A DNA stretch of 64,000 nt from Chthoniobacterales bacterium (GCA_018402585.1 JAGYIO010000002.1:65341-129340); one strand, 5' to 3'; shown: positions 43,981-53,985, numbered from the stretch's first letter. Program-made: numbers and translations. The notes: generated by a model not told the origin, from the sequence alone.

Positions 43981-45044
43981 GGGTTGAACTTCAGACCTTC
44001 CAAGCGGGCGAGCACGTCACGGATGGACACCGCCTCGAGACAAAGGTAGCGGTCCATCCCGCAGCGGTCGATACACGGGTGCAAGGGACAGACCGGGCGC
44101 TGCACCACGTGGGCGCGATTATTCCAAGGTGCGAACCAGTCGGGCTGGCCTGAGCCGAAGATGGTCACTACCGGTTTGCCCAAGGCCGCGGCCAGATGGG
44201 CTGGAAAAGAATCGTGGCAGAGCACCGCATCGGCGTCCTGCAGGGCTGCGACGAGGGAAGCCAGATCGGGGGTGTTTATTCTGCGCGCATGGTCCGGGGT
44301 GACCGGCTCGGCCCCGGCCGGGAGAATTTCGACCAAGTCGAATTTTTGGCTGACGGCCGGCCTCGCGGCGAGTTCGCGCCAGCGACCGGCCGGCCATTGT
44401 TTGCTCGGCAGGCGGGCCTGCGCGTGCACGGCGAGCACCGGGCGCGAATCGGGTGGTCTTGTCGCCCCGGCGGTCCCCGCGATCCAAGGCAGGGAGACCT
44501 CGTAAGGAACATCCAGTGTCTCGGCGATTTGTTGCCAGCAACGGAAATGCGCTTGGCGGGCCGATTCGCGCTGCAGTTCTGAAGTCAAGAGCGGGGTGCG
44601 GGGATGAAGCACCTTCCAAAACATGGACAAAGCCCGCCCAAGCAGACGTCTGCGCCGCCGCCAAGGCAAGTCCGCACCATAGTAGTTGCCGCGGGTCATC
44701 GGAAAGCCGATCCGACGGGTCGCATGCGTCTCCGCGAGGAGCAGACCGACCCTCGCGTCGGCCCAGGCACTGACCGCGACCTCGAACGAGAGGGCGCGCA
44801 GCGCGCGGCCTTCGGCCCGCACCGCGCGGAGAGTAGCACCCCAGCCGGCCGGTCGCTCGTCGCCCCACGGGGGCTCCCACTGGTGGATGATCGGGGGATG
44901 GGCGAGCAACCGGTAGACCCCGTTGCTCGCCGGCCGGCAAAGCACGTGGACTTCATACTTGGTCCCTGCACCGCGCACAAAGGGGAGACTGAGCACCGCA
45001 TCTCCGAGGTGGTGAAGTTCGACCAGAAGGAGGCGCGGCTTCAT
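43977..45044 (-). CDS. glycosyltransferase family 9 (heptosyltransferase-like)
   Basis: Start taken at MKPRLLLVELHHLGDAVLSLPF, with an ATGA overlap with the upstream gene. It has a C-terminal CHDSFPAHLAAALGKPVV. Confidence 0.85.
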   Translation of the reverse strand: MKPRLLLVELHHLGDAVLSLPFVRGAGTKYEVHVLCRPASNGVYRLLAHPPIIHQWEPPWGDERPAGWGATLRAVRAEGRALRALSFEVAVSAWADARVGLLLAETHATRRIGFPMTRGNYYGADLPWRRRRRLLGRALSMFWKVLHPRTPLLTSELQRESARQAHFRCWQQIAETLDVPYEVSLPWIAGTAGATRPPDSRPVLAVHAQARLPSKQWPAGRWRELAARPAVSQKFDLVEILPAGAEPVTPDHARRINTPDLASLVAALQDADAVLCHDSFPAHLAAALGKPVVTIFGSGQPDWFAPWNNRAHVVQRPVCPLHPCIDRCGMDRYLCLEAVSIRDVLARLEGLKFNP

Positions 45045-45805
45045 CGGGCGAACCAGCGGCGTTTGAGCAGGTAGTAGTGGCGACCCCAGAGAGCCATGGC
45101 CCAAGCGTTCCACCAGGGCCTGAAGCGCCAACTGTCCCGCGTGAGCATCCGGGCAGACTCCCTCCACATCGCGGGGAGTTGACGGCTCGTCTTGGCGTCC
45201 GCGTGCAAACGCGAGACGGCCAGGGGTTCGGGAAGGTAGTGCCATTGCACATGCGCCCCCAGCCGGAGCCAATATTCGTGATCCATGCAGTAATGAAGCG
45301 TCTCGTCGAAACCGCCGAATTTTTCATAAACCCCGCGCCGCCACCAAACCGCGGGTTGCCCGAGCGGGTTGCCTTTGATCAGCCCAGTCGGCGTAAACTT
45401 GGCCGCCGACTTGCGCCGTTTCCGTCTGGAATCACCCTCCAGGAAAAAAAAATCGGCATAAACGAGATCAACCGTGTCCTCACGGCTGAAGACATCAAGG
45501 ACGCGCTGCACGGCCGATGGTTCGTAAAGGTCGTCGGCGCACAAGTAGGCGAGGATATCCCCGTTGGCTAGACTGAGCCCCTTGTTGATGGCTTGGGACT
45601 GCCCGTTGTCCTGCTCCGAGACCCAGCGTATCCCGGCCTGATGGCTCAGGAATTCGGTCGTTCCGTCGGTCGATCCTCCGTCGATCACGATGTGCTCGAG
45701 TGCGTGCGAAGGGGCATTATTGGCGGCCAGGCGGACCGAATCAAGGCACGCTCCGAGATAGCGTGCCTGGTTGAGCGAGGGGGTGACGACTGAAAGTTTC
45801 ATCAT
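45041..45805 (-). CDS. glycosyltransferase family 2
   Basis: 254 aa. LSVVTPSLNQARYL, IVIDGGSTDGT and YLCADDLY (DxD-type) are present. Confidence 0.88.
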   Translation of the reverse strand: MMKLSVVTPSLNQARYLGACLDSVRLAANNAPSHALEHIVIDGGSTDGTTEFLSHQAGIRWVSEQDNGQSQAINKGLSLANGDILAYLCADDLYEPSAVQRVLDVFSREDTVDLVYADFFFLEGDSRRKRRKSAAKFTPTGLIKGNPLGQPAVWWRRGVYEKFGGFDETLHYCMDHEYWLRLGAHVQWHYLPEPLAVSRLHADAKTSRQLPAMWRESARMLTRDSWRFRPWWNAWAMALWGRHYYLLKRRWFAR

Positions 45806-47691
45806 GTGCCGCCCGCCCCGATACGGCGGAAGATTTCTTCATACCGGTCGAGCACAGAATCCCACCGGAATTGTTCCGCACGTTGGCGGGCGCGTCGCCC
45901 CGCCGCCGCACAGCCCTCCGGATGGTCCGCGGCCCAACCAAGTTTCTCAGTCAGAGCTTCGACCGGACGGTCCGGGCCGAAAGGGATTCCGGCAGCACCG
46001 ACCACCTCGCGGGTCGCCGGACAGTCGTGGTAAATGATCGCCTTGCCCATGCCGAGCTGGTCGAGCAGAACCAATCGCGTTGCCTCGATGGTCGCGGGCA
46101 TGATGAAAGCCCGTGAATGCTGACTCAGTTCGATGTAGGCATGGGAAAAGCGCAGCCCGGTAAAAATCACCCGATCGGTGCTCAGAGCCTGCAACTCCCG
46201 GCGGTGCGCGTATTCGTAGGGATCCGCGCCCACCATGACCAACGGCAACGGATCGGCCAACGCGCGGTAAGCGCGCAGCAGCAACTCCGCCTCGTTCTCC
46301 GGGGTGAGGCGGGAAACATAAAGATAGTAGTTGTCCGGCTGGAGTCCCCAGCGTTCCAACTCACCGGAACGCACGGGCTCATCACGCACGGTCAGCCCAT
46401 AGGAGAGGTGTTCGGTTTCTGCGCCATAGCGGTCCGTATAGCGGTTGGCGATGGTGGCATTGTCCGCAATGATGCAGTCCGCGGACTGCGTGGCCCAGCG
46501 CTCGCTCTGCCGCAACCAGAACCGGGCGAATCCGCGCCACTTTTTACGGCTGAAGTCCGCCCCGTCCACATTGATGATCACCTTTGTGCCGCGCCATCGG
46601 GCGAGGCGTCCGAGAATGGCATTGCCCACCCCGCAAAGGTAGATGATGTCATATTTCCGGCGGAGCGCATCCAAGATCGAGAGGGTGGTGTGCACGATGG
46701 TGTCGAGGCTCTTGGTCGGGATGGTCGGCAGTCCGATGATGTGCATCCCCTCCCAGACCGGCTGGGGTGCCCCGTGGTGGGGCAGGCGGTTGTAGACCGT
46801 CACTGCATGTCCCCGCGCGGCGAGGCGTTTGCCCAGCTCCTCCACCACGACTTCGAATCCCGAGTAGCGGGCCGGTACGCCGCGGGAACCGAGAAAGGCG
46901 ATGCTGGGTTTGCCGGGGGCAGGCGGTTTGTCTTCCGGCCGGCCGGCCCAAGCGTCACGCAGCGTGTAGTAAAGGAAGAGCGAATTGAATCGGGTGTAAC
47001 GCCGCCAGAGCCGGCGGGGTTCCTGCCACAGCCGGTAAGCCCAGGTAATACCGAGCCGTTGCATCCAGGGCGGGGCGAAAGCGCGCTCGCCGGCGAGGAG
47101 GACAAAGGCATCGCCCACCGCGAAGAAGACTCCGCGCAGGTGGCGCGCCAGGTTGTCCATGATCCAGCGCTCCTGCCGCTCGCCGCCGAGGGCGACCCAG
47201 ATGTAGTCGGGCCGGGCTTCCGCGATGGTCCGGGCAAAGGTCTCTTCGTCGGCCTCGGTCCACGCCCGGAAGGGCGGCGAGAAGGTGCCGGCGATCTCGA
47301 TTGCGGGTTGGATTTCCCGGAGGTGCGCGGTGAGGGCCTCGAGTGTCTCCCCGGTTCCGCCGAAGAAAAAATGACGCCAGGGGTGTGGGGTGGCGCGGAT
47401 CATTTTCTCCATGAAATACGGACCATAGACCCGGTCCGCGAGGGCGGCCCCCTGCGCGTTCAAGCTCCAGCGCAGGGGCATGCCGTCGGGCAGAACGAGG
47501 TCGAATTTCTGCATGACCGCGCCGAAACCGCGTTCGTGGCGGGCCAACGCGACGATGTGGGTATTGCTCGCCGCCACGGCGGCGGGGCGCGGTTCACCGG
47601 CCAAGCGGAGACTTTCCGCGATGGCTGCGTCGTAGTCGACCACCGCCACCGGGGTGCCGAGGATTGTAATCTTGCGTGGTGCCGCGCTCAT
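45802..47691 (-). CDS. bifunctional glycosyltransferase: WecB/TagA/CpsF (GT26) domain fused to DUF1972 + GT4 domain
   Basis: Start taken at MSAAPRKITILGTPV. GT26 motifs are LVLPDGMPL, WVALGGERQERW and RLGITWAYRL. After a P-rich hinge come IAFLGSRGVPARYSGFEVVVEELG and GT4-type motifs. Confidence 0.82.
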   Translation of the reverse strand: MSAAPRKITILGTPVAVVDYDAAIAESLRLAGEPRPAAVAASNTHIVALARHERGFGAVMQKFDLVLPDGMPLRWSLNAQGAALADRVYGPYFMEKMIRATPHPWRHFFFGGTGETLEALTAHLREIQPAIEIAGTFSPPFRAWTEADEETFARTIAEARPDYIWVALGGERQERWIMDNLARHLRGVFFAVGDAFVLLAGERAFAPPWMQRLGITWAYRLWQEPRRLWRRYTRFNSLFLYYTLRDAWAGRPEDKPPAPGKPSIAFLGSRGVPARYSGFEVVVEELGKRLAARGHAVTVYNRLPHHGAPQPVWEGMHIIGLPTIPTKSLDTIVHTTLSILDALRRKYDIIYLCGVGNAILGRLARWRGTKVIINVDGADFSRKKWRGFARFWLRQSERWATQSADCIIADNATIANRYTDRYGAETEHLSYGLTVRDEPVRSGELERWGLQPDNYYLYVSRLTPENEAELLLRAYRALADPLPLVMVGADPYEYAHRRELQALSTDRVIFTGLRFSHAYIELSQHSRAFIMPATIEATRLVLLDQLGMGKAIIYHDCPATREVVGAAGIPFGPDRPVEALTEKLGWAADHPEGCAAAGRRARQRAEQFRWDSVLDRYEEIFRRIGAGGT

Positions 47692-47785
47692 GCCCCAAGC
47701 CAAACTAATGGAGTGGAACCCCGCCGGCAATGGCGGGGCGGGAAACCGCTCGCCCCGAGCCGCGCCCCTGCTTAGGCTGCGCCCC

Positions 47786-48241
47786 ATGAGCCTGAGCGTG
47801 CGGATCGAGGAGGAGATCAAAGCGGCGATGAAAGCGAGGGAAACCGAGAAACTGGGCGCCTTGCGCATGCTCAAATCGTCGCTCAAATATGCCGCGATCG
47901 AAAAAGGGGTGGGACATGAGGCTGCCCTGGCCGATGCGGAAGTCATCACGGTCCTGCGCAAGCGGATCAAGCAGTGCCAGGACGCCATGGCGGGATTCGC
48001 CCAAGGCGGACGCGACGAGCAAGCGGCCCAGGAAAAAGCCGAACTCGTCTTGCTTGAGGCCTATTTGCCCGCCGCTCTTTCGGGCGAAGAGTTGTCCGCC
48101 TTGGTCCGCGAGGCCATCGCGGAGACCGGGGCGACGAGCAAAGCGCAAATCGGTGCGGTGATGAAAGTGGTCATGGCCAAAGCGGCCGGCCGGACCGAGG
48201 GCAAGGCGGTCAATACGGAGGTTCTCGAGCAACTTGGCTAA
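47786..48241 (+). CDS. yqeY: GatB/YqeY domain protein
   Basis: Start taken at MSLSVRIEEEIKAAMKARE. LRMLKSSLK, EAYLP and IGAVMKVVMAKAAGRTEGK are present. Confidence 0.88.
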   Translation: MSLSVRIEEEIKAAMKARETEKLGALRMLKSSLKYAAIEKGVGHEAALADAEVITVLRKRIKQCQDAMAGFAQGGRDEQAAQEKAELVLLEAYLPAALSGEELSALVREAIAETGATSKAQIGAVMKVVMAKAAGRTEGKAVNTEVLEQLG

Positions 48242-48947
48242 AAAATCAGGGTCGCGAAAAAGCGGGGTCTGGGCGGTCATCGTCGCTGCCGGTGCGAGCC
48301 GCCGCATGGGTTTCAACAAGCTGACCGCCGAGCTGGAGGGTCAGCCTGTGCTCGGCCGTAGCGTGGCCGCCTTCAACCAGTCTTCACAGATCGATGCCAT
48401 TGTTTTGGTTTGTGCGGCCAGCGCGCGGGCCGAGTTGGAGGAAATTGCCCGGGCCGCGGCGCCGGGCAAGCTCCAGGCGGTGGTCGAGGGCGGGGCGCAC
48501 CGCCATTTGTCCGTGGCCGAAGGGCTCGAGGGCGTGCCGGAGGACGCCGCGCTCATTGCGGTGCACGATGCGGCCCGTCCGCTCGTGACCAGTGCGATGA
48601 TCGAACGCTGCCTGGAGAGCGCGCGGAACAATGGCGCAGCGGCTTGTGCCCGTCCGGTCACGGACACCCTCAAGCGGATCAACGACGAGGGTTTCATTCT
48701 CGACTCGGTCGAGCGCGACGGACTTTGGGCTGTGGAGACCCCGCAAATTTTCCGCGCCGAATTGCTCCGTCACGCTTACGCCGAAGTCATTGCCACCGGC
48801 GGCCAGGTTCCGGATGAGACCTCCGCGGTGCAGGCGGTCGGGGCCCCGGTGGCTTTGGTCGAGACGGCGGAGTGGAACGGCAAGATCACTTATCCGGCCG
48901 ACTTGGAACTCGCTCGCCTTGTGCTGCGCGGGCGCAAGGCCGCTTGA
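48234..48947 (+). CDS. ispD: 2-C-methyl-D-erythritol 4-phosphate cytidylyltransferase
   Basis: 237 aa with a TTG start. AVIVAAGASRRMG, VHDAARP and ETPQIF are IspD motifs. Confidence 0.92.
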   Translation: MAKKSGSRKSGVWAVIVAAGASRRMGFNKLTAELEGQPVLGRSVAAFNQSSQIDAIVLVCAASARAELEEIARAAAPGKLQAVVEGGAHRHLSVAEGLEGVPEDAALIAVHDAARPLVTSAMIERCLESARNNGAAACARPVTDTLKRINDEGFILDSVERDGLWAVETPQIFRAELLRHAYAEVIATGGQVPDETSAVQAVGAPVALVETAEWNGKITYPADLELARLVLRGRKAA

Positions 48948-48955
48948 AGGGCCCC

Positions 48956-49354
48956 ATGGGCGGGAAGCTTATCACCCTTGGTTTGGTCTGCTTCCTTTTG
49001 GGTGCCGGGGTGGTGCTGTTTTTTGGCCCGTGGCTGCTCCCTCCCCCGGACGACGAGTTGCCTTCTTCCCCCTACCTCGAAAAACGCGCCTTGGCCCAAA
49101 TTTCCCCCCGAGTAGTCACCTCGATCGGGGCCTATGAAGCAATCCGGGAATCGCTGCGGCACGAATCCTTGGAGGGCGTGGCCGAGCAGTCCGAGGAGAT
49201 CGCCCGGGCCTTTGCCGGGGAGGATCAGCGCATCGTCTCGCTGGCCAAACGTCTTGCTGCCGAGCAGGACGTCGAGTCGGCCCGGCGGGCTTTCCGGCGC
49301 CTGCACCGCTTGATGCGGAGGCATGCGGATAAGTTACTCGGAGAAAAGAGTTGA
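48956..49354 (+). CDS. hypothetical membrane-anchored protein
   Basis: Start taken at MGGKLITLGLVCFLLGAGVVLFF. It has one TM segment followed by a helical domain. I recognise no family. Confidence 0.45.
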   Translation: MGGKLITLGLVCFLLGAGVVLFFGPWLLPPPDDELPSSPYLEKRALAQISPRVVTSIGAYEAIRESLRHESLEGVAEQSEEIARAFAGEDQRIVSLAKRLAAEQDVESARRAFRRLHRLMRRHADKLLGEKS

Positions 49355-49560
49355 GAGTTTGGGGATGAGGGTTGAGAGGCGGAAAGCCAACGGCTGGTCG
49401 ATCCGCGCGCGGCTTCAGTAGCTGTGCGCGGTGAGTTTGACCTTCCCGCGGAAGATGAAAGAGACGCTGGCCGCGCAGGCTAGGAGGATGGGACCAGCGT
49501 TGGCGACGATTCGCTCAGATTTTCTGCGAGTGTTCGATACGCGTTGTGAGGTCGAGCATG

Positions 49561-49797
49561 ACTTAGCCGTAACCATGCAGTCGAAGACGCAATAAAAGCG
49601 CGGCTTGGCTCGGTTTGTCCAGGGGGCACGGCCGTCCCGGCCGTGTTGTTTGAGGTTGTTTGATCATGACGGGCGGGACGCCCGTGCCCCTTGGCCACGT
49701 GCCAACTCGCTCACAAAATAGTTAATCAACTCTCGCCCACGCGCGCCTCGGTGGCAGTGCTGGAAAAGGCGGAATGCTTTGAATTTTTACGGCTTAG
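49561..49797 (+). mobile_element. MITE-like element, copy 2
   Basis: It has the same termini and internal hairpins as 34716..34952, in the same orientation. It lies 190 bp upstream of cyoA. Confidence 0.65.
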
Positions 49798-49986
49798 GCG
49801 ACCGACGCCGCGGGCGTGATTTAGGGAATAGATCTCACTCCTCTAGCCAAAGACGACCCGATCGATCAAGCGGAATTCACCGGTTCGATCATCCGCCGGT
49901 TCGCGAGCGCTCATCGCTTTTTTCCAAACAGCCAATTTTCGCTGGTGAGCCTGGGGCAAAGCTGACAAACAAGGATCCGAGTTCTT

Positions 49987-50925
49987 TTGGCGATGATCGA
50001 CCCACCCTTGACCCTGGCCGTTGCGGATTCTTTTCTGCAGCCCATGGGGCCTGTCGCGACCGAGCAGTTGCGCTATCTTAAATATGTCATCTTTCTGACC
50101 ATGATCGCGGTGGTTCCCGTCTTGGTCGCCACGCCGTGGATTTTGTGGAGGTATCGTCGCAGCAAGCCGACGGGCAAATATCGCCCGAACTGGGAGTCGA
50201 ACCCGGTGCTGGAATCGTTGATGTGGGGCGTGCCGATTCTGGTCGTCACTTTAATGGGCGTCGGCTTGTGGAACACCACCTTCCGCCTCGACCCCTACAA
50301 GGAACTGGGCAAAGACCCGCTGCAGATCTCGGTCATTGGACTGGATTGGAAATGGATCTTTATCTATCCGGACGAGGGAATTGCGCTGGTCGACGAGTTG
50401 GTCGTGCCCGCGGGGCGGGCGGTCGAGTTGACCTTGACCACCGACACGGTGATGCAGAGCCTGCGGATTTCGGCGATTGTCGGTCAGATTTATGCCATGC
50501 CGGCCATGACCACAAAGTTGAACTTCCTCGCCGCCCGGCAGGGTGAGGCCACGGGGAGGAATACGCAGTTCACGGGGAACGGATTCTGGAAGCAGAAATT
50601 CCAAGTTTTTTCGGTTTCCGAGGAGGAATACGAGGCCCGGATGAAAAAAGTGCAAGCGAGCGACCTCGCGCTGACCGCCGACACCTACGCCCTCCTCGCC
50701 GTGCAGGGGACGGCGGAGGAGGCGAAGAAAGCCCTTGCCATCGAGCACCGGCGAGGTCCGATTGAAATGGTCCTCGGGGACGCGAAAATTTTTCAACGCG
50801 TGCTGGCCCGCTACATGGTTGAGGACATGACTCCGGAAAGCCAGCCGGGCAGTCCCTCTTACGATCCCGCGAAATCCCCCCTTCCAGCCGCCCCGGAGAA
50901 ACCCATGATGGATATGAAAATGTAA
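49987..50925 (+). CDS. cyoA: cytochrome o/bo3-type ubiquinol oxidase subunit II
   Basis: 312 aa with a TTG start. It has two TM helices, a cupredoxin fold (IGLDWKWIFIYPDEG) and no CuA Cys/His ligands, which is the quinol oxidase type. Confidence 0.85.
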   Translation: MAMIDPPLTLAVADSFLQPMGPVATEQLRYLKYVIFLTMIAVVPVLVATPWILWRYRRSKPTGKYRPNWESNPVLESLMWGVPILVVTLMGVGLWNTTFRLDPYKELGKDPLQISVIGLDWKWIFIYPDEGIALVDELVVPAGRAVELTLTTDTVMQSLRISAIVGQIYAMPAMTTKLNFLAARQGEATGRNTQFTGNGFWKQKFQVFSVSEEEYEARMKKVQASDLALTADTYALLAVQGTAEEAKKALAIEHRRGPIEMVLGDAKIFQRVLARYMVEDMTPESQPGSPSYDPAKSPLPAAPEKPMMDMKM

Positions 50926-50926
50926 A

Positions 50927-53005
50927 ATGTTCGAGGCGCTTTTTGGCAGACTGACATGGGACTCGATCATTCTCGTCCAGGAGTTTGAAGATCCCAATTT
51001 GAACACCTTCATCACCGCCGGTGCGGCGGCCATGATGCCGGTGGGAGGGGCGTTGGTCGTGGCGCTTCTTTTCTGGATGAAGTGGTGGAAGCCCCTTTTC
51101 GAATGGCTGACGAGTGTCGATCACAAAAAAATCGGCACGATGTATATCATCTTCGCGGTGATCATGTTGTTCCGCGGGGTGGTCGAGGGCATTTTGATGC
51201 GGGTCAACCAGGCGGTGGGCCTCAATGGCGGGTTCCTCTCCTCGGATCATTTCAACCAGCTCTTCACGACCCACGGCACCAACATGATCTTTTTCGTGGC
51301 GATGCCGTTTCTCATCGGTCTGATCAATATCGTGGTCCCCTTGCAGATCGGTGCGAGGGATGTGGCCTTTCCGAAGCTCAATCAAATCAGCCTGGGTCTC
51401 ACCGCGGTCGGTGGATTTCTCATCATGATCTCGCTGCTGGTCGGGGAGTTTTCGACCGGCGGGTGGACCGGGTATCCTTCCTTCACCGGTCGCTTGATCA
51501 ATCCCGGAGTCGGCCCGGATTATTACATTCTGTCCGTCGGGATTTCCGGCCTCGGCTCCACCCTCACCGGGGTCAACTTTGCGGTCACCATTTACAAGAT
51601 GCGCACGGCGGGGATGAGTTTTATGAGGATGCCGCTGTTCACTTGGACGGCCCTTTGCACCTCTATCCTGCTGATCTATGCCATGCCGCCGCTCACCGCC
51701 TGCTGCCTCATGCTCGGGCTCGACCGCTACCTCGACTTCCACTTTTTCACAAACGACATGGGCGGGAACCTGATGAACTTCATCAACCTGTTCTGGATGT
51801 TCGGCCACCCCGAGGTCTACATCCTCATCCTGCCGGCCTTCGGGGTGATGTCGGAAATCGCGGCCACTTTCTCCGGGAAACGTCTTTACGGCTACACCGG
51901 GCTGGTGGCGGCGACCATGTGCATCGCGGTTCTTTCCTTCATGGTCTGGCTGCACCACTTCTTCACCATGGGTCAATCGACCACGGTGAATGCCGCCTTC
52001 GGCATCGCAACCCTGCTCATTGCCATCCCGACGGGAGTGAAAATCTATGATTGGTTGGCGACCCTGTGGGGCGGCAGGATCCGATTTACCACGCCGATGC
52101 TCTACCTCTGCGGGTTTTTCGTCCTCTTTGCCCTTGGCGGGCTCAGCGGAGTGATCCTGGCCAGCCCCGCGCTGGACTACCAGTTGCACAACAGCCTTTT
52201 TCTGGTCGCCCATTTCCACAATGTGATCATTCCCGGAGTTCTCTTTGGGGTTCTCGCGGGCATTTACTACTGGTTTCCGAAAATTTACGGGTTCCGCCTC
52301 CTCGACGGTTACAGCCGGATCACCGCCTTCCTCTGGGCGTTCGGCTTCATTCTCGCTTTCCTGCCGCTCTACCAAGTCGGGATGATGGGAATGACCCGGC
52401 GGACGGTCAGCTACGAGGACCCGGCCCTGGTCCCCTGGTTGGTCGTCTCGGGAATTGGCGCGCTCTTTCTGGGTCTTGCCTTTACTTTCGTGCTCCTGAC
52501 CCTCTGGCGAAGCGTGGTGCACCGGAAGAAATTGATGGTGCCCTTTGGTGATCCTTGGGACGGGCGGACCCTCGAGTGGTGGACCCCCGCGCCGACGCCC
52601 GAATGGAATTTTGCGGTTCGGCCCCGGGTCGATAGCCGGGATGCCTTTTCGGAGGCAAAGGCCAAGGGCACGGCCTACCAGCCGGTCGAGAAATACGAAG
52701 ACATCGAGATGCCGGCCAACACCTACTACGGCCTGATCATTGCCACCCTGGGCTCCGGGCTGGGCTTCGGCTTGGTCTGGTACATGTGGTGGTTGGCCAT
52801 CATCTGCTTCTTGGGTTGCATCGTGACGGTCATTACTTACGCCTTTCTGCCGGAAAGGAAAAAAATCATTCCCGCCGCCGCAGTGCGCGAGATCGATGAA
52901 GCTTGGCGCCGCGCGGCCCGCGAGGGCCGGGGCGTCACGCGCGACGACGAGTGCAAGCAAGCCAACCAAGGGCTGGCCCGGCCCGATCTCGTGATCAACC
53001 CATGA
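50927..53005 (+). CDS. cyoB: cytochrome ubiquinol oxidase subunit I
   Basis: 692 aa of the heme-copper oxidase subunit I family, with WMFGHPEVYILILPAFG, HHFFTMG and LVAHFHNVII. Confidence 0.95.
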   Translation: MFEALFGRLTWDSIILVQEFEDPNLNTFITAGAAAMMPVGGALVVALLFWMKWWKPLFEWLTSVDHKKIGTMYIIFAVIMLFRGVVEGILMRVNQAVGLNGGFLSSDHFNQLFTTHGTNMIFFVAMPFLIGLINIVVPLQIGARDVAFPKLNQISLGLTAVGGFLIMISLLVGEFSTGGWTGYPSFTGRLINPGVGPDYYILSVGISGLGSTLTGVNFAVTIYKMRTAGMSFMRMPLFTWTALCTSILLIYAMPPLTACCLMLGLDRYLDFHFFTNDMGGNLMNFINLFWMFGHPEVYILILPAFGVMSEIAATFSGKRLYGYTGLVAATMCIAVLSFMVWLHHFFTMGQSTTVNAAFGIATLLIAIPTGVKIYDWLATLWGGRIRFTTPMLYLCGFFVLFALGGLSGVILASPALDYQLHNSLFLVAHFHNVIIPGVLFGVLAGIYYWFPKIYGFRLLDGYSRITAFLWAFGFILAFLPLYQVGMMGMTRRTVSYEDPALVPWLVVSGIGALFLGLAFTFVLLTLWRSVVHRKKLMVPFGDPWDGRTLEWWTPAPTPEWNFAVRPRVDSRDAFSEAKAKGTAYQPVEKYEDIEMPANTYYGLIIATLGSGLGFGLVWYMWWLAIICFLGCIVTVITYAFLPERKKIIPAAAVREIDEAWRRAAREGRGVTRDDECKQANQGLARPDLVINP

Positions 53006-53643
53006 GTGCCCGGACCGGACAATCGCTCCATCCCGGCTTGAATCTGGGCGAAGAGCACGGCGACGACCACCTCGAGGCGGAGACCTCCGTCTTCGGGTTC
53101 TGGGTTTTCATGATGAGCGACCTGGTGACCTTCGGGATGTTTTTTGCCGTCTTCGCCACCACCGTGCCGCTCGCCTGTTGTCCCGGCCCGAAGGAACTCT
53201 TCGACCTCGGAAGCATCGCCTGGCAAACCGCCTTTCTTCTCCTCTCGAGTGTGACCAGCGGTATGGCGGTCTTGACCATGAAGCAGGAACATGGCGGCCG
53301 GGGGGCTTGCAGCAAAAAATTGGTCTTTTGGCTCTTGGTCACCGCGCTGCTCGGGTGCGCATTCCTCTATCGGGAGATTTCCGACTTCATCTCCATGGCG
53401 GCCGCCGGGGGACCGCCCACCCGGAGCGGCTACCTCTCCGCCTTGTGGTCCCTGGTCGGGCTCCATGGTCTGCATGTGACCGGCGGAATCATTTGGTGTC
53501 TGGTTATTGTCGCCGGGGTCTTGGTTCGGGGGGTCGACCGCCGCTGGAAGTTGACCCTGCTCCGCTGGGCGGTGTTCTGGCATTTTCTCGACGTGGTCTG
53601 GATCTTCATCTTCACCTTCGTCTTCTTGGGAGGATTGCTCTAA
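53002..53643 (+). CDS. cyoC: cytochrome ubiquinol oxidase subunit III
   Basis: Start taken at MSARTGQSLH, with an ATGA overlap with cyoB. FGFWVFMMSDLVTF and WHFLDVVWIFIFTFVF are present. Confidence 0.9.
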   Translation: MSARTGQSLHPGLNLGEEHGDDHLEAETSVFGFWVFMMSDLVTFGMFFAVFATTVPLACCPGPKELFDLGSIAWQTAFLLLSSVTSGMAVLTMKQEHGGRGACSKKLVFWLLVTALLGCAFLYREISDFISMAAAGGPPTRSGYLSALWSLVGLHGLHVTGGIIWCLVIVAGVLVRGVDRRWKLTLLRWAVFWHFLDVVWIFIFTFVFLGGLL

Positions 53644-53933
53644 TGGAAAAATCCAAGGAATTGTATCGTTATCTGACCGGCTTCGCCCTGGCCGCGCTTC
53701 TCACCATCATCCCCTTCACCCTCGTGGCGACGGTGGGAGGGGCGCGCAGCTATATCGTTCTCGTCCTCTGTGCCATCCTGCAAGTGATCGTCCATCTCCG
53801 CTTCTTCCTGCACGTCTCGTTCAGAGGCCAGCAGAAGGAAGATCTTCAACTGGTTTTGTTCACCGGCTTCATCCTCTTCCTCATGGTCGGAGGAACCATC
53901 TGGGTCCTGGGCGATCTTTACACCCGGATGTAA
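53643..53933 (+). CDS. cyoD: cytochrome ubiquinol oxidase subunit IV
   Basis: Start taken at MEKSKELYRYLTGFALAALLT, with a TAATG overlap. It has three TM helices and VHLRFFLH. Confidence 0.85.
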   Translation: MEKSKELYRYLTGFALAALLTIIPFTLVATVGGARSYIVLVLCAILQVIVHLRFFLHVSFRGQQKEDLQLVLFTGFILFLMVGGTIWVLGDLYTRM

Positions 53934-53985
53934 ACCCGGCGGAGGGGCCGAGGGCTGCGCGGATCGATGGATCCCGCGACCACCT

